Shown here: positions 1-37,723 of the stretch, piece after piece
Layout of the letters: the number at the start of each line of letters is the position of its first letter
Numbering within the stretch: position 1 is the first letter of the stretch
Source: Antedon mediterranea
Lineage: Eukaryota; Animalia; Echinodermata
Assembly (NCBI RefSeq): GCF_964355755.1
Contig: NC_092670.1
Coordinates: 12,758,795-12,822,794, forward strand
Reading direction: 5' to 3'
DNA: 64,000 bases
Made by a program: the position numbers and the translations under genes
Notes under the pieces: model-generated
What the model was told of the DNA's origin: nothing
Seen by the model: only the letters and a program-made list of their open reading frames with translations
Database searches by the model: none

Positions 1-3000
1 ATGAAGAAGAGGATGAGTTTGATCCCAGAGATAGGTAAGTAGTTGCTCCTACTAAAAATGTCATGAATTGAAGACTTTTCAAATGACACAGTAATCAAAA
101 ACATGAACACAAGTTGGTCATACCCACTTTACCGTTTTATTTACAATCATTCGGAAAAACATCTCATAACAGTATATAAATGATTAGGTGTGTTGAGGTT
201 GGCTGTAGTGTCAACAAATATATTTTGGTTGATTTCTGATCCTGCAAAGACACTCCCTGTTCTCTCTTCCATTAGATCGATATATTTTGAATATTTATTT
301 CTGCTTACAGTGAAAGGACACCGGGAGACGGATCATCATTTGATAATTACATCGAAGAAGAGGATTTGATGGACAGACTGGAAGATGATGATATTGCTGC
401 TGATGGTAAAATAGTGTTTTGTTAATAACTATTAAACTTGATTTTTATGCTACAGTGCCAACAAACAAACAGTATAACACACGTGGAGCTGTAGCTTGGT
501 GGTTAACATGTTTGCCTTCCAATCCCAAGGTGCAGTGTTCAATCCTGACCTACAGTAGCACCAGGGTTGTAACTCATAACTCCCTTCCCTACGCCTCAAA
601 TGAGACTAATTTTATAAGGACGATAAATTATTTAAATATTTTATTTATCTCGCTATTGGATGCATATAAAAAAATATAAATGTAATGCGATTTTCTTCTC
701 AAACAGTAAGACATCAATGATCTTAGTAATATTTAAAATTGACCTATTAAATTAGCGAAAGCATTATAAGAATATTTAATCCATGGAAAAATTAGCCTAA
801 TATTCATTAATCATGTTGTGTTTCAGATGCTTCAGATGGCTATTCTATAGCAAGTACTGCATCCAGAACGCATTCTGCAAAAGAAAGAGGGCGTGATGAC
901 ACAATCAAGGATGACTTAGCGTCCCTTGCAAACAGGTAAGTGCTTCGATTTTATTTGGACACTTAAAAACGTGCATATATAATGTAAAGTGAAGTTCAAA
1001 GCTAACAAGTATACTGTATACAATAATATAAATAAAAAAGCTGCATAGGCAGGACATTTTTTTTTTTTTTTTACAATATACATACTGTATATATATAGAC
1101 ATTTTGGAAGAAATCAAATCTGTTTTATTTCAACAGACTGGATCATGCAAGTCTAGGCAGCAGAGCAGATACCAGAGTGTATGGTGTGCTCACTACAGGT
1201 ACAGATGATGCTCAGCCTAGTCTTACACCAAGCTTGTTCAGTAACATACCACCGACTATCAACTTTGTTACAGAAGAAGAAAAAAGTAAGGTCTCAGGAG
1301 GTTTTGAATGTGGCCAGCGTGGTGGTGTTTGGAGAACACACATTGTTTAACTTGGAAATATACCAAAAATTAATTAATTAATACAGTAGAACCCCTTCTC
1401 TGGTACCCCTATTAAGGGGACACTTTCTTGTGAATCCAACTGTGTAATATACTCTCTGTGTATACATTTTTGACAACACCACAGCCAACCCCTATTCAGG
1501 GACAGCCCTATTAAGGGGTCACTCCTATTTAAATTTAATACGGACACTTTGTTGGGCCCAGAAGGTGTTCCCTTAATAGAGGTTTTCCTGTAGACAAAAT
1601 ACATTAATTTGTTGATTACGTTTTGGTTTGTTTATTTATTTATATTTATTCTAACTAAAAATGTGTGTTTTGCAGTAACACAGTTACCTTGGGATCTACG
1701 TAAGTTACTAAAATGGCGAATGAGTCCGGTCACACCACAGGTCGTCAAAGGATGTATTGCTAGGTCTGGTTTCAGAGCTACTAAAAGTAAGTGAAGTATT
1801 TGTGTTATAAAATGGTTTTATGCAGTGCATTTTTCATATCCATAATGGAAACTGCAAAAGAAATTACAATGTTTTATAATATTTCAATTGGTATAATTTG
1901 GATAGAATAGAGAGATATGTGAGTAAACTTCCAGCATATTGCAATACTATTTCTTTTAATTTTCTTTTTGGAAGAATTAATCAAACGAAGATGATGTCAC
2001 CTCTGACATGTTTGTTTTACTCTCAAAGTTTCGCTGCTTAGCAACACAGCTTAGTAAATACGATGACATGACAAATTTTAATTGTTCCATGACAGACAAT
2101 TTCAATTTGATCAGAAAATTATAAAGACAAATTTTGCATTGTTTTCCTCAAAGACGTTTGTGTGTTGAAAGTATTATTTAAATCCATTTAGCGGTTTCCA
2201 AGTTCTTTAGTACTTTTTGTTTACAACAGTGCACTATAGTATGGTATTTTAGTATAGTAATTATTTTAATTTTGTTTCCTTAGAAGCCAATGAGTGGATT
2301 GGTTACTGGGGCAAGCACATGAAAGCATCAGGATTCAAAGCTCTTAGAGATTATCAAAAGGTAACAATATTAGTTCATTAAAAGAAAACGTCCAAACAGT
2401 CCAAATGTTTGTACTGTATCTAGATTACTCCAATATCATAGGAAAATTCTATAATATAGCATCACATGTCTTTCACATGTATCGCTTAGTATCATAACAC
2501 CATAACCTAACCCTTAATCATAACCTAACTGACAAAGGGACACATGGGATTCTGTATTCTGGAATTTTCCTATGGTACTGATCAAACATTGTCGTATGTG
2601 GAGATACAGCCCTGAGAATCAGGTAGACAATTCTATATTCAATATCATATTTCTTCTTGAAGCCATAATACAATTATTTGTATACCAACTATACACATAC
2701 TGTAGTTATGAAAATACTTTACTGAATTGCACACAGGTGTGAACACTAAATTTAATATCATATTTCGTCTAGAAAGCCATAATAAAAATTGTTTGTAAAC
2801 CAATTTACACAGTAATGAAAATGTAACCATTCTCATCCAATACTTTTCACTCATTTAATTTTTTAGATGAATCATTTACCAGGATCATTTCAAATTGGAC
2901 GAAAAGATCGTCTATGGAGGAACCTGTCGCGTATGCAAGTACATTTTGGCAAGAAAGATTACAACTTCTTTCCGCAAACCTATGTGCTACCGTCAGATAT

Positions 3001-6000
3001 GAAACTGTTGAAAAGAGCGTGGGAAGACGGAGGAACAAAACAAAAATGGATTATGAAACCAGTTAGTTTATATTCAATCTCAATTTCTGCATCTCAATTT
3101 ACCGACTGTATTTATCATACTAAATTTGTTATTTTGTAATGGAGGCTCGTTCAGAAAATGCGTTCTTGCACAAGACCATATAAAAGAAATACAATGTAAA
3201 AACACAACACAATATTACATATTTTTTACTATTAAAATTTAAAAAAAAATAAATTATACCAAAACAATTTATGAATTAAGCTTGTAAAATAATAATAATA
3301 ATTTTTTTTAAAGAGTTGAGTAAAACAAAATGCGGAGTGGACAGGCAGTTTCCACTCAAGATAGATACAGATTCTATGTGGGATAAGCTACGCGTTTTTT
3401 TGCTAACTGTTACCGCTCGTCTGTGTAAATTGGCTTTAAGCAGGTTTATCAGTACTCTGCTAAACTAGTCCTAGTAAGTGACTGTGGGCCTATATTAAAT
3501 TGAGCCTATCTTAGGAGTACGAATATACAATAATATTATACTAATATTTTTGCATATTTTATTTCCAGCCAGCATCAGCACGTGGGATAGGCATTAAAGT
3601 CATTCACAAATGGACGCAGATTCCAAAACGGCGCCCTGTCATCATCCAGCGTTATCTAGCAAAACCTTTTCTCATTAACGGCAGCAAGTTTGATCTACGA
3701 ATATATGTCTATGTAACCTCCCTAGATCCATTGAGAATATATGTGTACGATGACGGACTGACCCGGTTTGCTACAATGAAGTATGTAGCTTGTATTTATT
3801 TTATACCTACAATTATATTCAATTTAACATTAAAGCAAAAGGTATAGACCAATTATAATACCACAGGCACATAACATATTCTTAACCACCTGTGATATGC
3901 TGGAAATTTATTAATTAATTTGAAACGATAAGATAAGGAAATCTGTGAGAATGGCAAAAAGCCGCCCCAATTGATGTCCTAACCATTAGACCAATTATAA
4001 TGTATATACATATATATTTGCATTCATGAATAAATATTTGAAATATGAAATTACCTCGAATTTCATTTCATTTTATTTAAACAAGTTTGTATTACGCTTC
4101 ATTAATCTTATTATTTTACAGATACTCGTCTTCCATGAAAAGCTTATCAAACAAGTTTATGCATTTGACAAACTATAGTATCAATAAGAACAATAGTGAT
4201 TTCACACCAAACGAGGATCACACAGCGTGTGAGGGACATAAATGGTAGGAAACATTGTTATTGCATCAGATCATTACAATTACCTCTAGCCCTGTAGTGA
4301 ATAAGTCTATCCAAGACAATCACTGAGCTTGCCTTGTCAAGATAGCAACAGTCCTTTGATCTTATATCTGGCTGTGACAAATACCAACAGTACTGTACAG
4401 CATACATATTCTTCATGCTGTGTTTGGGTAAAGGGGCGTGCAACTGATCATGTTGCAGCCACCAATAAACCCTTTGATCTCAGGAGCTCATCATCCTGTT
4501 GTTAGATTGACTTGGTCTGTCCTTCCATTGCCTATCTTTTGACTACACCTTACAAACATGCCATGACTATGTAGCTGTTGAGTCAAAAAGTCATTCTGGG
4601 CACGTGAATAAGATGCACAGAAAATTGGTAGACTGTGTAATTGTGGTATGAATTTCTAAGCCTAACTCATATGTTCTTTGGTAGGAGCCTAAAAGCATTG
4701 TGGGGTTACATGAAACGAATGGGTATTGACACTGCTCCAATCTGGCAAGATATTCAGAGCCTGATTGTGAAGACAATAATCAGGTATGTACAGATTCAGT
4801 GCACCTCTAATTAAAGACCATTTTGGAGTCATTTATAGCAAATCTGGTCTATATTTAGAATCAAGTAATATTTTATTAGATAATGAAGGTATGATGCATT
4901 AATAATTTTATAATTAGAATCAATTAATATTTTTTGATTGATTGATTTTATTCGATATACATACATAAAAAGTTAAAATATACAATTATGAAGGTATCAT
5001 ACATTTCTAGTGTGTCACAGAAACATGTACCCTAATTAATAAAAAATAACATTTTCAGAAAATGTTCAATTAACGCTGAATAGTTTTTCTTTTAGTCTGT
5101 CTTTTGTACGTTTAAAAATCTCATATTAGTATTACTCATTATTATTATTAAATTAGATCAAGATTTTCAGCAGGAGATGAAACTTGTGTCTTTTTATGTA
5201 ACTTATTGTGGTTTAACTTTTAGTGGGGAGAGTACAATGAATAGCATGACAAAAGCAAACGTTAAATATCGTTACTGTGTTCACGAGCTGTTTGGCTTTG
5301 ATATACTACTGGACGAGAGTCTAAAACCATGGATACTAGAGGTCAATATATCACCAAGGTAACGTATGCTGTTGGCAGTTAGAGAATCGCAAACATCTTT
5401 AAAATATTACTTGTGGACAATTCAACTTGAGAGTATTTTCAATTAGGGCGTACTATATATTCCAATAATTGTATCTTAAAACAACATACTTGTCAATCAT
5501 TAAATTGTTTAAACATTAGTGTAATTAGATCTTAACCAAGAATACATGAGTTTACATTTCAAATATAATTTAATATCAGAATAACTAATAACTATAACTT
5601 TTAATTATCATCACACCATTAGTAAATCTATTTTTAGTTTTTAGTCATGTTTAGGGGTGTTGTAGTGGGCAGAGATAGATGGATGATGTGGCCAGCCTAA
5701 AATTTATTTTAACTTGCCGTTTTGCTCACCTTGATTTTTACCTATAGTAGCATCCACTCTTAGTAGCGTTTATAACATCCAAGTACTGGGTCTTACAGCC
5801 TTAAAGCGTTGTTTTCACGACACCACATGCGGCTATGCGCCAATCGATATGCGCATAGAGCTGGAGCGTGTGAAAGACAACCCATAACACAGACCCTAGT
5901 GTTTTTATACATTTTTTGTTTGCAATTATTGATTTTTCACATTGTACATGCCTACATTAAGGTAACTCTATACCCATCCAATGTTTATGACTAAATTGAA

Positions 6001-9000
6001 CCAATAGCTTTACTGCAAGTCACCCCGCCCCCCCCCCCCCCAACAACCCAACAACAAGATGTTTCCCCTTTTCCATAAGCAATCTCCCCACCCCTCTACA
6101 AAACTTCAATGATGTTTCAAGGAGCTGGTAATACAGAAAAGAAAGAAAACTTAACACACACCTGGCAATAGTCATTATAAATTTAATGCAACCATTGGGG
6201 GGAAAATCACAATAGAAAAATCATTCTAGTTCGATTTCCTCAGGATGAATAACAAAACATAATACCGCCGTAATTATATCGAATGTCATACATTGCAATT
6301 ACCCATTAACCTTTCTCTTGTTATGGTAATCAAGTTACATGATACATGCTAATGGCATGGCAGGCAATAATTGCCACAACAGAAATTTGTGATTGAAATA
6401 TATTATAATAATTTCCTTCCTTTTCTTTAGTTTGCATTCTAACTCGCCGTTGGATGTGTGCATTAAAGGCGGTATGATTAAAGATCTTCTCAACTTGGCT
6501 GGTTTTCAGATTCCAGATAAACGAGAGGTGTACCCGAACCTTGCATCCAATGGAAATAAGTAAGCTGGAATTTATTATTATTATTATTATTCACAATTAC
6601 ACAGTCTTTAGAGGATAGGAACCACCAACCACACATTTATTACAGGGAGAGATGTGTAAAAATAGATTGATAAGTACATTTTTTATACATAGATATTAAC
6701 TATATTGAATTCCCAATAAAAGATGCAATTTCTTTGTAAATTAATGTGTAACTAACTAAGATGTAAAATAATTAGAGGAATCGCACATACTGCTCTTAAC
6801 AAATATTTCTTGATGAAAAACTTCTATAATATAACAATACAACAACAATAATAACAACAATACTTTATATCTTATGTCTACACTATCAAACTTTATGTGA
6901 CAAAAAATGTAATGTGCCCTTATGTAGACATAATGATGTCATATCACTACCAAATTTGGTCATACCACTACCATATTTGGGCACATCGCACTGCTTAGAT
7001 ATTGCATACCTGTACATTAAATATGTATTGAATTACAGTATTCCAATTTTCAGTATGAACTATAAAGATGTTATAATGGATAAACAATCATGGATCACAC
7101 ACCTTGAGAAGCATGAACGGGCTAAACATGCTTTCTACACTCAAAAACACATTGATGATGTAAGTTAATGTATTAGGCCTACAGGGTCCCATATTAACAG
7201 TTGTCCCGATTGTTTAAAGGTTATCCAAGGACAAGTAAAATATTTTTAAAGATGATGATTTTGTACATGCCAAATTCTATACACTTAGATTCCTAGTGGG
7301 GATATGCTGTGAAAGATAAAGTTTGTTTTTATTAATATTTTTATAGTATATAAATATATTTCAAACCAATAGCAGTAAGCTAAAACTGTTTATTTTACAA
7401 TGAAATCTAGAATTGAGTACAGTAAAATATATATTTAAAACATGTTGGTAACAGAATTACCAACTACTTCTGTTCACAAACTTTACTAGGGCAGTTTAAT
7501 TTGACCTGGCAAACATCCCTTTCAGACCACTCAGTAAACAACCCCAACAAGTCGTAGTAAAAAATAAGATATTACAGTATTACACAACAATTGAAGGAAA
7601 GCTAGCTAGCTTAATACTCTAACCTTATTTTCGAAACTTAGTACCAGTAAACATTTTTCATTACTTTTTTAGCAATGTCGTTCATCTGTCCTTGATTTAC
7701 TAACACCCGATGATATATGCATGCTAATAGAATCAGAGGATGAATTCAGTCGTCGTGGATCATTTCAACGAATCTACCCATCACCGATCTCCGCAAAATA
7801 CTCACGATTTTTCGAAACAACACGCTATTACAATGTTTTGCTTGAGGAATGGGTGAATAAATATAACCGGATGCCAGCCAGAGGTTAGCTAAAGCTCTGT
7901 CTACACTATCAAACTAGTTTGACTAAAAGTATGATGTGCCCAAAATATGGTAGTGATATGACATCGTCATGTCCATACATGGGAACATAACATTTGTTGT
8001 CACAAAGTTTGATAGTGAAAACAAAATGAAACTTGGCAAAACATGAATAACTATAGTATCTCTACTAAGGCCTGTTTTCCACTAAGTGAATTTGTTTGCG
8101 CCTGCTTGTATGTATAGGTGTTGGTATTTTCATCTTCCTTTCTCTAGTTCTAGTTTTTTTTCAGCAAAATGAGTAGTTTGAAAAGTTTATGCTTATTGCT
8201 GAGCGAAAAATTGAACAACCAATCAGAGCTCAGGAAATGACAGTTTCATGAGCATGACTCATGTGAATCCAAAAGCTCAGCAGACAGACGATGAAAATGA
8301 AAATTGCATCTATTCTCTCGTGTGTGAAAAAGCACAATTGTTTTCTCTGCAAAATGTTGGATCCGCGTGGACAAATTTTCGCCTAGTGGAAAACCGGCTT
8401 TGGTACTGCTGCCGCAGTGCATGGCTTATGGTAATTAAAATATGACATCATCATTTAATACGGTATACATACAATGCCAATGACCTAATTGTTGTGTTCA
8501 TCATCATTTGTTTGTCTTAGGCCTTGCTTTGCTTGAAGGCTATTGTGCTGACAAAGTCCACTTTAGATGTACTACGGATAATTCTCATGTAGTAAGTAAT
8601 CTATCTACTTTTTTGTAAAAAGAATTATGTGTTTTTTTTTATTCGAGCTTTTTGCCAGACTATCATATTATTTGGATAAAAACTGTGAGGATTGCTATTT
8701 TAATTCTTTCAAATCCAATTGGATAGCACTCTAATTGTGGTGCATTAATGTAATACATTATTTTTTTCTAGTGGACTCCTATCTCAACAGTACTCATAGT
8801 GAAAGAACAGCGTACACTAAGTGCGCCCTCTAAAGCTTTACAAAACAATGCTACTAAAAGGTAAGATGCTAAAAATATGTAAAATTAAACTTGACCATAT
8901 AAATGGGGAAACCGCAAATACTGTACAAATATAATTTTTAAATTTTAACATAAAATGGTGATGCCATGAGCAATGAATGTTGGAATGGCGCTATATAAAT

Positions 9001-9773
9001 CGAACGATTGATTGATTGATTTATTGATCTACTAAGTTTTCAATTTGAAATTGAAATATATATTTATACTGGGTAACCTCTTCAGTCAATGACTGGTTTC
9101 CCAGAGGGCCCAGCCGGGTGATCAGTGGCTGTGATGTACTAATACACCTGGTTAACCCCCTACTCGTCTCGAAAGATGTACTAGGTTCTTTAAAGTGCAC
9201 ACGAGCTAGATGTGTACACTGGACCTACGGTTTATAGTCCTTATCCGAGAAGACTCGTTCTACCACCAGAACCATGGAGTGAGTGAGCCTCGAACCCCTG
9301 CCGATGTTATGGCTAGGTAATTACGGTTCCACTGTCTTAACCGCTCGGCCACTCACTCACTCACACAGCATAGTTGGTAAACTTTCTCAGACCACCACTA
9401 AATATAACTCTGTGCAAATGGTCACATGTTTGGGATGTTTTACCTAGTCTTGTGAAATGAAGGTTTAGTATTAAAAGAAGCTTGTTGAATCAAATTCACT
9501 GACATTATTGCCAGAATTATATTCCTTATTTCTATGAAACCTTTTAAAGTTTTATCAACTTTCTGTGTTTTCCTGGTAATTTTCTTCCCTTATTATTTAT
9601 TCATTAATTTTTTCTGCAGCTTTTCAGCTCATTCTCTTCCCAAGATCAAGCGAAAGAAAGGAAAGCATAGGGATCTATCATCTTCCAGTAGCTCGGCTTC
9701 CGTCAACTCTCTTCCTAGTCGTCGACCTCATCCACCGGTTCCGTATGGAGCAGACACTCACTCGCCTGGTTGA
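1..9773 (+). CDS. TTLL4: Tubulin polyglutamylase TTLL4, 3' part (5' end lies outside the window). Exons approx. 1-34, 311-405, 827-935, 1137-1285, 1676-1786, 2284-2360, 2867-3061, 3569-3780, 4122-4244, 4685-4783, 5224-5358, 6431-6559, 7054-7159, 7673-7883, 8521-8591, 8772-8860, 9620-9773
   Basis: GT-AG exons join in frame and give the TTL-domain motifs [52 protein letters not shown] and [29 protein letters not shown], typical of TTLL4. Stop TGA at 9771-9773. Confidence 0.93.
486..670 (+). mobile_element. Degenerate tRNA-derived SINE (related copy at approx. 14384-14530)
   Basis: A-box-like TAGCTTGGTGG and B-box-like GTTCAATCC head; a similar head and tail recur at 14384-14530. Confidence 0.55.
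1384..1589. mobile_element. pogo/Tc1-mariner-type MITE (related copies approx. 14985-15080, 43680-43772, 48954-49136)
   Basis: TA|CAGTAGAACC ... GGTTTTCCTG|TA termini and internal CCCCTATTAAGGGG palindromes. Confidence 0.65.
7890..8020. mobile_element. Short palindromic MITE family AAAGCTCTGTCTACACTATCAAACT...AGTTTGATAGTGTAGACAGAGCTTT (other copies approx. 6875-7010, 14563-14708, 40215-40340, 43081-43212, 48225-48363, 54953-55070)
   Basis: The same approx. 25-bp terminal inverted repeat and the internal GATGTGCCCAAATATGG motif are seen in at least 7 intronic copies. Confidence 0.8.
8067..8401. mobile_element. MITE with approx. 35-bp imperfect TIRs
   Basis: GGCCTGTTTTCCACTAAGTGAATTTGTTTGCG at the left end versus CGCGTGGACAAATTTTCGCCTAGTGGAAAACCGGC at the right end. 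Confidence 0.6.
9060..9355 (-). mobile_element. tRNA-headed Deu/Nin-domain SINE
   Basis: Minus strand shows A box TGGCCGAGCGG and B box GGTTCGAGGC, then GGATAAGGACTATAAACCGTAGGTCC...GCACTTTAAAGAACC...GAGTAGGGGGTTAACC, which resembles the conserved Deu/Nin core. Confidence 0.75.
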
Positions 9774-9917
9774 TTGAAAACATGGAGAAATTCCATATAC
9801 AGTATAATATAAATCATTTGTTTTGTGCCTTATCTTAACACCCTAGCGATTGTGACCAAATCATACTACAGTACAGTACTAGTAGTGAAAACTCTATGCT
9901 GATTGGTGATTTGTACC

Positions 9918-10031
9918 AGTTGGAATATGCATATTCATAAAGGCTTTGTTGGAATATGCATATTCATAAAGGCCTTGTTGGAATATGCATATTCATGAAG
10001 GCATTGTTGGAATACTACATATTCATGAAGG
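9918..10031 (+). repeat. Approx. 29-bp minisatellite x4 in the TTLL4 3' UTR
   Basis: Unit GTTGGAATATGCATATTCATAAAGGC(T/C)TT; three of the units contain the 14-bp palindrome GAATATGCATATTC. Confidence 0.85.
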
Positions 10032-12250
10032 TGTTAAGAGGAAAAGCCTGAAAAACTATAGAGATCGGAACACATCATAAAGTCCAAAAAACTATGGATC
10101 AAAAACTGCCCCTACATACACTGCCTCCAATCTGGTATCCAAACATGCATTGTAAGTTCAGATAAATAAACCTATTTTTTACAACATTTTTACTGTTTTT
10201 ATTTTTTTGAAATAATTGTTATTACCAAAAGGCTAGCTAGACAACACAGGGTAGCTAATGTGTGACGGTTATTATATATATATATTTGTATTATTTAATT
10301 TGTTTATAGGTAGTTTAAATGAAGTAGGGGTGTGTTCCATAGAGCAAAAGATGTATTGTATGTGGAAGTGACTAGTTATAGTCTAAGGTATAACATACAG
10401 GAAATGATGTCATACTACTGTCAAAGGTTAAAATGTAATATAAAATCGGACTGAGGATTTTTAGTAACAAAAATGATCTGTAATAGTTTATTTAAAACTC
10501 AGGGTTTTGCTGTATAGAATTATATATTGTTTTTTTTAGAGAAGTGTGCTTATAAACCCACCAAGAGTAGGCCTATGCTACTGGCATAGTAGGCCTACAC
10601 AACTTCAATCCGCCCAATTAAATATGCCTCCAATTATTGAAATTATTATACATTTATATTATTTTGTTTGTTTGGTGTTTTTAAGTGAACAAATAGCGAG
10701 AGTATATTTTCTAGGGCTACAAGGTTTTTTATAGGTTATAAATGAATAGCCTGATGCAATTTTTAGCTATTGAGGGGTACACTATGCATTGGTGGAATAT
10801 TTAATTATGCAAATGACCAGGTGGTCACTCAATTATTTATATTCCATAAATGTATTATATTTTATGCAGCTATGAATGCAAATATATATATCATATTGCA
10901 ATTTCATCTACCAAAGAATTTTTATCTATACTATGCTTCAATGTGGTTCTAAATTAAATAATATTATGCATGATGTAAAACGACTTTAGTGCATGAAATG
11001 AACCCCATATGTAGATATCCTACCTAACACTTGGGCTTTCATCTTTCATTGCAAACAGTTATAGCATTATTTCTAGGCAGAATTCCAGTGGCCTAACAGC
11101 TATGACAGCTAACTGGCAGGACCCAGAGGAAAGGAAGGCACTAAAACCGTCCAGCGTTGGAGGGCCAATTAGCGTTCCTAAACCAGGGGCCTTGCATTAC
11201 GCCACTAATTCTTATCATTTGTTGAGTTAATATGCAAGATTGAATGCTGGAACCAACAACCAATCTAATCATAATATACAGACTAGGCAAAACCTACAAT
11301 TCCAGTTTTTAGTTTGTATGTACTACACGCTGTATGACCCTTTTTGTACCCTTTCTATGAAAAAGCCAAGATATGCATCTGTAAAAATTATTTTAATGAA
11401 TATAATATTGAATATGTATATAATATTATGATTTATAGTCTGAAATATACTGTACTTGTTTAAATAATAAATTCTTCCAAGTATTTACAATATAAAATGT
11501 GTTAATTTCTATGAAAATAAATCTTTAGATATTCTTTTACATTTATGTATTCTGTTTTGTTTTATTTTCTGCTGATGATGCTTTAAATGCAACATCTGTC
11601 TATCTTTTATATTGTATATATTGTATTGGTCTACTACTCTGCTAGTGATTCAAGTACAATGTTCACCTAATTTGCATAAGCTTGTGACTTACTGGAAAGG
11701 AGGAAGACAAAACTACTATGCATTTTTAGTTTTTCACTTTCTTCAAAGACATACCTTTTGGGAACAACTAGTACACAATAACTTTTACATCATAATTTGG
11801 GGATTGAAATTGACCCACCCACAATGACACCAACTTTTTTTAAAATAATCTTTTCATGAAAAGACTAAATATGCAGAACATAAGTGCCATTTTCTTTACA
11901 TCGGATACTCTATATTTTATACACTAAAGATAGAATCAAAAACACTTGCAGCTAAAAAAATAAATGTCATAGCACAAATCAAATGTATTATTCATCTATA
12001 CCAAATATGAAAACAGACTTTACGAATGACATTTAAAAAGTATTTGATGTGTTTGGATTGCTTGGAATTATCACTTATTTATTAAGAAAATAGTTTAACT
12101 AGCCTCTGATGGCCAATGCTTCTTGGTTGATTATTGGCCAATGCGAAGTAAGTCTTGAATCTTGTGGGCATATTTTTTTTTATTTATTCAACCATATTTC
12201 ACGAGGGTGACCCAGCCAGCGGAAGCTGATTTTAAGGGGCCCTCATATAG

Positions 12251-12688
12251 ATGACACATCACCATCATCAATTATTTTATTCATAACAAATTTCTTAACC
12301 AAATTTTTCAATGTAAAAAAAATCACTAAGTATAGTTATATTGAAAAACAAAATACACCAAACTATTACAGTTGTTGTATATGTAGTTGTTTTTTTTTTA
12401 TTTTGAAAGCCTTTTCTTTATAGTATAAGCGTTAACTTTTAAATCAAATATGACAAATAGTTCATGCATAAACAATAATTTAAAAAATTATAAAAATTCA
12501 AAATTATACTAAAAACATGTACATAGTACTGTATAAATACATGATAATTTCATAAATGTAAACTTCCATGTTACTGAATATCCATAATCATAATTAGTAT
12601 AAACTGTGACCTATCTGATGACACATCAACATCATCAATTATTTTATTCATAACAAATTTCTTAACCAAATTTTCCAATGTAAAAAAA
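12251..12688 (+). repeat. Approx. 70-bp direct repeat pair (12251-12322 and 12617-12688)
   Basis: GATGACACATCA(C/A)CATCATCAATTATTTTATTCATAACAAATTTCTTAACCAAATTTT(T/C)CAATGTAAAAAAA occurs twice. Confidence 0.8.
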
Positions 12689-13473
12689 TAAAGATCTCAA
12701 CCCAGAATGGAACAGTGTCTTCACCAGTATTAATATATGTTGATGTTGTTTTTACCAAACAAATTAGGTTCACAAACAATTTCTGGTTTCTAGAATGCCT
12801 TCATAATAATTTATTAGGAAAGACTTAAGCCTTTGGTTTCATAGTACCTGTATTGGGAGAGTTGAGCAGAGAAAAGAAAAATTGTGACTGTATCCGACAT
12901 TTAAAACAACATACATGTCGATTCCAAATGTATTAGATCAATTTGAGGTAGATAGAGGACTTATAGTTTAATGCCTACATCGCAGACCTTTATGGAGAAC
13001 ACTACTACTTGTCTTTCATACAATCTGCATTGTTTTAAACTGTGATGAGGAATGCTGACTTCCATCTTTAATTGTTTGGCAACCGTAGCCTACTGTAGTA
13101 GTCCAAATGTATTTCTGCTAGCCCACCCAATTACATGCTAATAAAAACATCATATAGGCAGTTGTGTAGAGTTGTTGGAGGTGAATCTCAATACTCCACC
13201 AATCAAAGAATGATGGATTGTTAAAGAGAATGGTTTTTACAAGACAATATGGATTAGTACTACACCTGGGCTAGTACTACACCTGGGTTAGTACTAAACC
13301 CAGGCTAGTACTAAACCAATCACTTTGGTATATCATCATACACACACAGTATACAATATTCATCATAAAGTATTTCTCTTTTTTATCTCTGTATTTATCT
13401 ATACTTGATTGCAACTTTATCACTTGCCTTTATATAAATCATTTTAATATCAACTAGATTTTAGAAACGGTTA

Positions 13474-36712
<23,239 letters not shown>

Positions 36713-36801
36713 AATGTCCATCCAAACACATGAATAAATGAGGCGAAGAGGTCAGAGGTCGGATTATTCAAATAATTTGAATATCCCCCCCAGGGCCGGC
36801 C

Positions 36802-37723
36802 GCGATTTTTTTTTTCGTACATAAGTTGGGGACCCCTCATGAAACGTCACAAAATAAACATGAATAATTCATCAGTTAAATTTGTTGTTCCGTGTGCACC
36901 CAAGCGTATAGCAACAAGAAGTGATTACACGCACAACTGCGATACGATTCTTTCTACAATAGGCCTAGGATTCTAGGTCAATTCACGTAATTGCCTTCGC
37001 GCACTCTTCTTCACACACACACACACACCACTATGCAAAATGTGTCGAGGCTAATCGACAGCTAGGCAAGACATTAAACAAAGTAGTAATTGGACATAGC
37101 CCAAAGAAAGCTTAGACCCACAAGAATAAAGAATGTGTATAATTTGTGTACTGTAATTTTTTAATTCTGCTATTTTATTAGCAAACAATATGCATGAACT
37201 CGAAGGAACTTTAAAAATGCGCGTATATGAATACATGAGATAGGAAGATTAGACCCACGAGAATAAAAAATGTATTTTTGTGTAATGTTTATTGTTTAAT
37301 TTTGCTGACTTATTACTCGGACTGTGTCATACATAACACACACACGTCACACACACCCACATAGCTACTACTAGAATAGACATGGGTTTAGAGACTAATA
37401 ATTAGGCCTAATAGTATTAATAGAAACTATAATTTTAACACGTAATTCTTTAGTACTAAATGATATTAAAAACACCATAAACTAAAGGCTGATTATTTCG
37501 ACAATCCACACAAAACGTCCCTATTCTTTTATGAAATCCCACGCGGCAACAACCACAGCGGAGATTAGGCCTAGAATCGTACCGCACTTGACGTGTAATC
37601 ACTTCTTGTTGCTATACGCTTGGGTGCACACGGAACAAGAAAATTTAACTGATGAATTATTCATGTGTATTTTGTGACGTTTCATGAGGGGGTCCCCAAC
37701 TTATGTACGAAAAAAAAAATCGC
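36802..37723. mobile_element. MULE-like element with approx. 130-bp near-perfect TIRs in the pip promoter
   Basis: GCGATTTTTTTTTTCGTACATAAGTTGGGGACCCCCTCATGAAACGTCACAAAATA...GTGATTACAC is inverted at 37593-37723; 9-bp TSD GGGCCGGCC (36793-36801 and 37724-37732). Confidence 0.88.

Noticed and set aside
486-550. Possible true tRNA genes (also 9280-9352, 14384-14450, 38155-38225)
   Set aside because: A and B boxes are present, but the cloverleaf stems are broken and each continues into a repeat body, so these are SINE heads.
2495-2530. CCTAAC/CCTAACCC repeats resembling telomeric sequence
   Set aside because: Only a few degenerate units inside a small inverted-repeat element; not a telomeric array.
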